The notes below the pieces were generated by a model. The model worked only from the letters and a program-made list of their open reading frames with translations, did no database searches and was not told where the DNA came from. 32,000 bases of DNA from Cupriavidus necator (GTDB taxonomy: Bacteria; Pseudomonadota; Gammaproteobacteria; Burkholderiales; Burkholderiaceae), in the NCBI RefSeq assembly GCF_016127575.1, contig NZ_CP066019.1, positions 2,610,001 to 2,642,000 on the forward strand, read 5' to 3'. A program made the translations under genes and the position numbers. Numbering within the stretch: position 1 is the first letter of the stretch; each line of letters begins with the position of its first letter. Positions 16,634 to 23,079 of the stretch are shown piece by piece.

Positions 16634-17017
16634 CTAGCGGCAAATATCGCGGAGTTCGCCGACAAATGCGCGAACCCCGTCAAATGGACCCCAGCCGGAC
16701 ATTGCCTTCGTGTAAGTAACTTTTCTTGCCGTCGGATCGACGGCCCAAACTTCCATAGTCGATCTGCCGTTCTCAACGGTTCCGCAGACAATGGAATTTG
16801 GCGTGAGGTAATTGCAGGGCAAATTAGAGGGGGAAACACTGCTTCGCGAAGGCTCGACCCTTACCTGAAAATCGGTGGAGGAGATTCCATCTTTAGTGAG
16901 GGCGTATTGCTCACCAGAAAGCGCGCTGTAGCCTTTTAGGCCGCCAGCAACCCAGCACTCAGCTATGGCAGGAGCCGGAAGAAGGCTGATGGCGACAATC
17001 AGACTCGCTATCCTCAT
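16634..17017 (-). CDS. Secreted hypothetical protein
   Basis: The signal peptide is MRIASLIVAISLLPAPAIA followed by ECW. The mature part contains four Cys residues. Confidence 0.6.
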   Translation of the reverse strand: MRIASLIVAISLLPAPAIAECWVAGGLKGYSALSGEQYALTKDGISSTDFQVRVEPSRSSVSPSNLPCNYLTPNSIVCGTVENGRSTMEVWAVDPTARKVTYTKAMSGWGPFDGVRAFVGELRDICR

Positions 17018-17228
17018 CTTGTTCTCTCATGTCTTTGAATGGGGACTTTAAGAGTAGCATGAGCCAATCATGATGAACGATTTGGAACCCCAAGAGGAAG
17101 GCAATAAATCCCGGACCCTCCATAGGTGCAATCTATCACACGAGACTCAGGCGCAGGATGCCTCCACCACCAGTACAATTCTGGGCCATCAGAAAACAAA
17201 CGAGCACTGACTGGGAGGCTCACCGAAT

Positions 17229-19040
17229 ATGCGACTCGAAGCCGTAGAGGTTCTTGGATTCAAACGCCTGCAGAAAATTGAGCTGCTTACACCGTCAATG
17301 ACAGTGCTCGTCGGAGGCAACAATTCAGGCAAGTCGTCGCTGCTTCAAGCCATTCATTTCGCTGTTACTGTTCTCCAGTCAGCCCGTCTCTCCGCTGATG
17401 GGGGGAAGCCAATGAACACGCTTGGTTTCGATCAGTTCATATACAAGCCAACGGGCGACCTTATTCAGCTCAATCATGGCACTCCGATTACGTCAAAAAC
17501 GGGCCCGGAGTTCACCTTCACCTATACCGATGCCGGCGCAGCGGAGCATCTGGAGTTCCAACTCAAGTTGCGTCGGGGAAAGAATGCGAACATCGCGATC
17601 ACGTTTGAAGATGAAAGCACGTTCTTTATTCGCGCAGCCAATCGGAGCCAGCCTTTTTCTGTCTTCGTGCCTGGTCTAGCAGGAGTGCCTCTTCGGGAAG
17701 AATTAAGAACACCATCGGTCGTCGCAAACGGAATCGCCCAAGGCGATTCAAATATCTATCTTCGGAATGTTCTTTACCGAATCTGCAAAGACGATGCAAA
17801 GCTGATGCGATTCCACGAAGTGATCGCCTCCGTCTTCCCAGGTCTAACCATCTCAACAGCATTCGACCCCGAAGCTCACCTGTACATTGATATCTCTGTG
17901 CATCTGGATGGGCGCACTGTGCCGCTCGAAATGGTTGGCACCGGCGCACTTCAAGCCATTCAGTTGGTGGCATATGTCACAGCCTACGATCCGGCACTCC
18001 TTTTGCTCGACGAGCCTGACGCGCATTTGCATCCGTCAAACCAAAAGCTATTGGCATTGACGTTACAGAAAATAGCCGAGGCCGGCAGCACCAAGGTAAT
18101 CTTGGCCACGCACAGTCGCCACATGTTCGACGCACTCGCACGCGACGAAGCAACCCAAATTATCTGGCTGAAGGATGGAGGAAAGCAGGAAGGAGCCGAG
18201 CGGAATAACCTTTCCGTGTTACTCGATCTCGGCGCACTGGATAGCTTCGAGTTAGTACACGCCGGCCAAAAACGAATTGTCGTCCTCACGGAAGACACAA
18301 AGGTCGCTAGGTTGGAAATCTTCCTGCGTGCGAATGGCCTGAATGATGCCGACTACTTCCTCCAACCCCTACACGGCGTTAACAATTTGGCGGCAGCGGT
18401 CCCCATCGCCGATTACTTTACGAGGCAAGGTGACAATACTCACGTCTTAGTACATCGCGACGGGGACGGCATGACAGATGCTGAGAAGACTTGGTGGCTA
18501 GAGAACGAGTCAAAGAAGCTGCCTGATCGAACAACTGCCTTCATCACGCCGTTCACTGATATTGAACATACCTTCTGCAGGCCTGCTCACATTTCGGCCG
18601 TCTACGGTATTCCTGAAGCTGACTCCGAAGCAATGATGGCAGCAATCATCGCTGCCAACCAAGCTTTGCTTGCAGCCGAGTTTGCGCAGAAGAGAGTTAG
18701 CCTCAAGGACACCACACTTAAAAGGATGAAGGACGCCTCATCCGCAACAGACATGCTGGCTGGCGGTTTGAAATTCGAACACATCAAAGGCAAGAGGCTG
18801 ATGGCGCTTGTGCAAACAGCTCTTCAACAGGCGGGGCACAACCCGATGCGGTTGACAAGCACACCATCTGCAGCGCTTGTGTATGCACCTCTGCGCGACA
18901 AAATTGCCGCCATCAAGGCAGCAGTGGCTGCTGCTGAGGCAGCTGCTCAGGCCGCTGCTCCTGAGGCTGCCGCTGGGGCAGTGGCTGAAGTGGCTGCTGC
19001 CGGCGAGGCTGCCGCTGCTGGCGAGGTTGTGCAGCAATAG
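17229..19040 (+). CDS. OLD-family / fused PARIS-like nuclease: ABC-type ATPase (AAA_15/21-like) + Toprim/DUF4435-like domain + Ala/Glu-rich tail
   Basis: Walker A is GGNNSGKSS (aa 29-37) and the signature-like block is GTGALQ. Walker B is LLLLDEPDAHLHP (aa 257-269), followed by ILATHS. The Toprim-like part has VVLTED (E355) and VHRDGDG (D411, D413), 56 aa apart. Confidence 0.8.
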   Translation: MRLEAVEVLGFKRLQKIELLTPSMTVLVGGNNSGKSSLLQAIHFAVTVLQSARLSADGGKPMNTLGFDQFIYKPTGDLIQLNHGTPITSKTGPEFTFTYTDAGAAEHLEFQLKLRRGKNANIAITFEDESTFFIRAANRSQPFSVFVPGLAGVPLREELRTPSVVANGIAQGDSNIYLRNVLYRICKDDAKLMRFHEVIASVFPGLTISTAFDPEAHLYIDISVHLDGRTVPLEMVGTGALQAIQLVAYVTAYDPALLLLDEPDAHLHPSNQKLLALTLQKIAEAGSTKVILATHSRHMFDALARDEATQIIWLKDGGKQEGAERNNLSVLLDLGALDSFELVHAGQKRIVVLTEDTKVARLEIFLRANGLNDADYFLQPLHGVNNLAAAVPIADYFTRQGDNTHVLVHRDGDGMTDAEKTWWLENESKKLPDRTTAFITPFTDIEHTFCRPAHISAVYGIPEADSEAMMAAIIAANQALLAAEFAQKRVSLKDTTLKRMKDASSATDMLAGGLKFEHIKGKRLMALVQTALQQAGHNPMRLTSTPSAALVYAPLRDKIAAIKAAVAAAEAAAQAAAPEAAAGAVAEVAAAGEAAAAGEVVQQ

Positions 19041-19176
19041 GCTAGTGGACTAGTGCGCAAACCGCTTCGGCGGCACCGCGCCGGGTCCATCGCCGACCGC
19101 GTGAGCGCGTCCACGGCTCGTTAGTAGGCCACGCTCCGAAGTAGAATGCTGCCGAATATGGACCGTTCGGAGACCA

Positions 19177-19950
19177 ATGGTGGCATTTCAAATAAAACGT
19201 ATTGTCGTGCCCTATGAATCGCTCAAGGAAATGGGCGCCGAGAACCAATATGCGCTATATCTGCTTGGGCACATTTACAACGAGATAATGTGCCTAAACA
19301 GGTGGTCGGTCCTGGCGAGGCGAGATGTTTCTGGCGGTGTCGACGCAGAGCAGGCCGGCGCGGTCTTTAATATCATGTTCGTGACGCGGATTCTGGCTGG
19401 AAAACTATACGAGGCAAAGTTAATAATTAGCCAGAAAATTGTTAAGCAGTTCCTAGAAGGATATTGCTACCCACATATGCCAGAATCAGACATCGCCGGA
19501 TTGAAGGCTCTCAACAGGGCTATGTCACAATGTAAGTGGATTAATCCCGCAAGGAATGGGCATGCGATGCATTACCCGGAGTTTGAGAACTGCAAAGAAG
19601 CTATAAATGCATTGAATTTTGGGAAGCAAGGTTTTGAGATTTTTGCTGGCGGCAGCTTCGGTGCGACGATGTATCGCACCTCCGACGTCATGGCAGGAGC
19701 CGCCTTTATTTTCGAGGCCAATAGAGATTGGGGCGTCGGCTTAAACACAATTGTCGAAGACGTGCTGAGCTTAAGTCATCAGGTCACTGAGTTCACCAAC
19801 TCTGCAATCGGCGCTTTTGTCAATAGCATAAAGTCTGGCTCTCGGTCATATAGCGAAAGAGTCAAGATTAAGGATGTTCCGAAATTTCCCATTCCTGATA
19901 TGACGGACTTCGTCTTGCCATACTTCATGGTGGTAAGGGACAAGGACTAA
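19177..19950 (+). CDS. Hypothetical protein with Rx5H HEPN-like motif (possible partner or effector of the OLD-like gene)
   Basis: 257-aa AT-rich ORF with GGAG 4 nt before the ATG. It looks predominantly helical. ARNGHAMHY (R126...H132) fits the Rx4-6H pattern with a polar residue after the Arg. Confidence 0.6.
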   Translation: MVAFQIKRIVVPYESLKEMGAENQYALYLLGHIYNEIMCLNRWSVLARRDVSGGVDAEQAGAVFNIMFVTRILAGKLYEAKLIISQKIVKQFLEGYCYPHMPESDIAGLKALNRAMSQCKWINPARNGHAMHYPEFENCKEAINALNFGKQGFEIFAGGSFGATMYRTSDVMAGAAFIFEANRDWGVGLNTIVEDVLSLSHQVTEFTNSAIGAFVNSIKSGSRSYSERVKIKDVPKFPIPDMTDFVLPYFMVVRDKD

Positions 19951-20469
19951 CGTCGGAATCTCTTGAACGGTACTGCCCCCGGCCGCTTAATTTTCATCCA
20001 GTCGGGCGAGCGCTCGCCATCCCGATACAGCGACCCGGCGCGCTTCCCGACTACTCCCTCTAGGCCGAGCGTGAGAACGTGGCCGTACAGCCATGCGCCA
20101 TCCTCTATGCTGTCCACGTACAGGATTCCCGCCGGCGAATCGGCCAACAATCGGCGGAGTGCCGACTTGCGACGCTCTATAGGCTGCCCGCACAAGTCTT
20201 CCCCCTTCCCTACTAGCAGGTCAAATACGCAGTGGGCGACCAGGTCCGCGCGCTTGTACCAACCCTTGCGCCGGGCCCGCGCCCGCAACCGCTCGAAGTC
20301 GCTCCGGCCCGATGTCGTCTAGCTCGCCGACTATGAACTGGAACGGGTAGACTACTTCCTGGCACAAACGGTCGAGCGCTGGGGAGCGCAAGGCCAAGGC
20401 CCGCCGCCGGTCAGTAGTCAAACGGCGATGGATGAGAAGTCGGGCGTTGCTGGAAAGAGCAGCCTTCAC
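19947..20469 (-). pseudogene. ATP-dependent DNA ligase (LigD ligase-domain-like) remnant, frameshifted and truncated at both ends
   Basis: Two adjacent minus-strand frames carry ligase blocks. FIVGELDD is motif III-like, VFDLLV..GEDL is IIIa-like, LEGVVGKR is IV-like and SPDWMKIK is V-like. There is no KxDG motif I and no OB domain. Confidence 0.65.
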
Positions 20470-20508
20470 AGGTGGAGGCCAAAAACGGCAGTCTGGGGAG
20501 AAATAACA

Positions 20509-21051
20509 GTGAAACTCCGATTTAAATCCCTACTCGCATTATCAATAGCATCAATGGGAACAGCGAATGCGGCCCCGTTCGGAGACTGGGCTACGGGAAC
20601 GACCACCGATGGGAATCTCTACGCTGCCGTTGTAAATGAGAGCCAGAGCGTGTTAATGAAGGTTTGCGTTTCGGGAGATAGCACTTGTATTTGGTACCTC
20701 GGCACGCAAACCAGATGCGAATCTGGAGGAAAATCCCCTGCCCTCATAAATTCATCACTTGGTGCGACGACTGTGGAATTGGTCTGCGACAGACAAATTC
20801 AACTGCGCAATACAACAGGCCTGCATTATCGCTATGCCATCCTCAACTATGACCTTATGGACAAAATTGCTGCGTCCGCAACTGGCGCCTTTGGCATTGC
20901 CGTGGCTCTGGAAAGCGGTCGATTTGCAGTCTATAGGTTCTCGAGCAGCGGTGGAAAGCAAGCTGTCTCGACGCTAGAAGAAGCCGCACTGAGACTATAC
21001 AGAAAAAACAATTCTCCGGCGCCAGCGGCAAATAGAGACTCATTGCTATAG
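20509..21051 (+). CDS. Secreted hypothetical protein
   Basis: GTG at 20509 lies 8 nt after GGGGAG. The signal peptide is KLRFKSLLALSIASMGTANA. The upstream part of the track ORF overlaps the ligase remnant. Confidence 0.55.
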   Translation: MKLRFKSLLALSIASMGTANAAPFGDWATGTTTDGNLYAAVVNESQSVLMKVCVSGDSTCIWYLGTQTRCESGGKSPALINSSLGATTVELVCDRQIQLRNTTGLHYRYAILNYDLMDKIAASATGAFGIAVALESGRFAVYRFSSSGGKQAVSTLEEAALRLYRKNNSPAPAANRDSLL

Positions 21052-21185
21052 GCGCATCCTCTAAGGCGGGAGCGTTTAGAAATGAAAGCCAACCGAGCTG
21101 CCCCGTCGAACGTACCGCAGAAACCGGCGTGCTGAAACGCCTCGGTTGACACGACTCACATAAAACAACGCTTTAGGAGCGAGAA

Positions 21186-21599
21186 GTGAAGGTCAAACTG
21201 TTCCCGTTGGTGGCCGTTGCTATGCTATCCACGAACGTCATGGCGGCTAAGTGGGAGGCAATAGGCGTAGGCGGAGAGAACACTCTCTTATACGTCGACG
21301 CGACGAGCATCAGTAGTAGCAAAGGTCTGAAGAAGGCTTGGCTTAGATACAGCTACACCACACCGCAGAAAGGCGATTACGTCACCAAATTCAAGGACTA
21401 TCGATCTGTCCTTACAATGAACCATTTCGACTGTGCAGGCCGTCGTAGCGCCGTGTCCAAGCAGGTTATCTATGAGGGGGATGATGGCACGGGTGAGGTT
21501 CTAGGGACGAACTCCATCAAGAACGTCGAGAATGCGCTAGACGACGTAACGCCCGGTACGCTGGGAGAGACTGCGCTGATACGTGTTTGCGGAAAGTGA
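21186..21599 (+). CDS. Secreted protein, surface-adhesin-protein-E-like (tentative)
   Basis: GTG start after TAGGAGC. The signal peptide is KVKLFPLVAVAMLSTNVMA. KWEAIG...LLYVDATSI...KKAWLRYSY...FDCAGRR resembles the adhesin-E-like domain pattern. Confidence 0.55.
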   Translation: MKVKLFPLVAVAMLSTNVMAAKWEAIGVGGENTLLYVDATSISSSKGLKKAWLRYSYTTPQKGDYVTKFKDYRSVLTMNHFDCAGRRSAVSKQVIYEGDDGTGEVLGTNSIKNVENALDDVTPGTLGETALIRVCGK

Positions 21600-21724
21600 C
21601 TTCCGAAGCCGAGGCGAGTCGCTGAGGGTTGCCCGGCAAGAGGGGCACAATGAATGTGAATTACCACGCATACTTCCGCCAAGGCAGTTGTATGCACGCT
21701 GCGTCACCTACGGAAAGTATAGTA

Positions 21725-21744
21725 GTGCCCCAATTTGCCCCAAA
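21725..21744 (+). repeat. Tandem 10-bp repeats GTGCCCCAAT / TTGCCCCAAA at the right island end
   Basis: The repeats are direct and helically phased. They share the 9-mer found as an inverted pair at 5424-5450. Confidence 0.5.
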
Positions 21745-21754
21745 ATTCAGCTAA

Positions 21755-22384
21755 CTATTTGATTTTATTGAGATGGAACGTTAGGCTGAAGTTGTTGGCC
21801 GGCATCGGCACCGGCTCGTCGCAGCGCATGCCCTGCGCCTCGCCCAACGCGATCACGGCTTCCATGTCGCGCACGCCCCAGTCGGCATCGGTGGCGCGCA
21901 GCTGCGCGTCGAAGGCGGCGTTGCTGGGCGCCGTATGCGCGCCGCCGCGGCGATAGGGGCCGTACAGGAACAGCACGCCGCCCGGGCCCAGCAGCTTGCC
22001 GGCGCCTGCGAAGAGCGCCTCGGCCGCAGCCCACGGGGCGATATGGATCATGTTGATGCAGACCACCGCATCCGCGGCGTCGATGCCCCACGGCTGGCGG
22101 CAGACATCCAGCGCCAGCGGCGCGCGCACATTGGCCAGGCCCGCATGCGCGGTCCACGCGGCGATCGACGCGCGCGCGGCGGCTTCCGCATCGCTTGGCT
22201 GCCAGGTCAGTCCCGGCAACGCTGCCGCGAAGTGCACGGCATGCTGGCCGGTGCCGCTGGCAATTTCCAGTACCGTGCCGCTGGCGGGCAGCACTTTGCG
22301 CAATACCGCAAGGATCGGCTCGCGGTTGCGCTCGGTGGCGGGCGCCATGCGGCGTGCATCGGGGTCTTGGGTGGAGCCGGTCAT
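21755..22384 (-). CDS. DUF938-family class I SAM-dependent methyltransferase (3' tail apparently island-derived)
   Basis: ERNREPILAVLRKVLP, LEIASGTGQH, NMIHIAPW, LYGPY and MPANN are DUF938 blocks. The last ~6-12 codons (those encoding HLNKIK*, and possibly FSLTF as well) lie in AT-rich island sequence; the exact crossover is unresolved. Confidence 0.85.
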   Translation of the reverse strand: MTGSTQDPDARRMAPATERNREPILAVLRKVLPASGTVLEIASGTGQHAVHFAAALPGLTWQPSDAEAAARASIAAWTAHAGLANVRAPLALDVCRQPWGIDAADAVVCINMIHIAPWAAAEALFAGAGKLLGPGGVLFLYGPYRRGGAHTAPSNAAFDAQLRATDADWGVRDMEAVIALGEAQGMRCDEPVPMPANNFSLTFHLNKIK

Positions 22385-22458
22385 GATGGCATGCTCAGCG
22401 GGGGAAAGCGCCTAGCGTAGCAGAATCGGCGCGCCGGGGGGCGCGCTGCCGCAGTGCG

Positions 22459-22992
22459 TCAACGGCCCCCCGGAATCCGGTAGATCAAGCGCTCAAACTT
22501 GCGCGTCGTGGCCTGGCCCACGACCGTGCCGCCAAGCGACTCTGCGATCCGGCGGCTGGGCCAGTTCGGTTCGGCCACGGGATAGACCAGGTGCGCCGGC
22601 GACAGGTTGTCCTGCGCCCATTGCGCCAGCGCAGTGACCGCTTCCAGGCCGAAGGCATGGCCGTGGCAGTCCTCGCGGATCCAGATGCCGAGTTCCGGCG
22701 CGGGCGTGTCGGCATGGTGCAATCCCGCCAGCCCCAGGAACAGCCCGTCGTCGGCACGCCGGATAGTGAGCACGAATTCCGAGCCTCGCGCCATGCCTGC
22801 CAGCCAGCCTTGCCACACGGTCTCGAAAGCCGCCGGCGAGGGCGACGGATCCCAGTCCATGAATCGGGCAAGCGTCGGGGTGATGCAGGCAAACGCCTCG
22901 GCTGCGTCGTCGCCACGAAAGGGCAGCAGGCTGAGGCGCGCGGAGTGGATGTGCGGAAGCTGGTCAGGCATGACGGGCGGGAGGCTGGGCAT
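22459..22992 (-). CDS. GNAT-family N-acetyltransferase (RimJ/RimL-like)
   Basis: ARLSLLPFRGDD, the acetyl-CoA-pocket-like region GHAFGLEAVTALAQWA and SRRIAESLGG. An alternative start lies at 22971. Confidence 0.8.
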   Translation of the reverse strand: MPSLPPVMPDQLPHIHSARLSLLPFRGDDAAEAFACITPTLARFMDWDPSPSPAAFETVWQGWLAGMARGSEFVLTIRRADDGLFLGLAGLHHADTPAPELGIWIREDCHGHAFGLEAVTALAQWAQDNLSPAHLVYPVAEPNWPSRRIAESLGGTVVGQATTRKFERLIYRIPGGR

Positions 22993-23026
22993 GAACCGGA
23001 GTTGTCATGTTAGACGATCGTGCCCC

Positions 23027-23057
23027 AATAAAAAACGGCGGGCCGAAGCCCGCCGCC
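23027..23057 (-). terminator. Rho-independent terminator of the phoX-like gene
   Basis: On the minus strand, GGCGGGC-ttcg-GCCCGCC is followed by GTTTTTTATT. Confidence 0.8.
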
Positions 23058-23079
23058 CTCATCGGCACTGCGCGACGCG

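Larger units (their letters stand above)
5333..21779. mobile_element. Integrative genomic island of about 16.4 kb (int, AlpA-like gene and primase-helicase backbone plus defence-type cargo), P4-satellite/PICI-like
   Basis: The base composition drops abruptly relative to the flanks. An integrase gene lies at the left end. Imperfect direct repeats occur at both junctions and GTGCCCCAA motifs at both ends. The flanking genes cysK and DUF938 are ordinary core genes. Confidence 0.8.

Noticed and set aside
19042-19248. 68-aa minus-strand ORF between the OLD-like gene and the 257-aa gene
   Set aside because: It overlaps the 5' end of the better-supported + strand gene. It has no RBS and a Trp/Arg/Gly-rich composition.
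23020-23028. A further copy of GTGCCCCAA outside the island, next to the phoX terminator
   Set aside because: It is a single isolated copy with no partner repeat or associated recombinase context. It is probably chance, but it weakens the specificity of the motif argument and is worth a genome-wide count.
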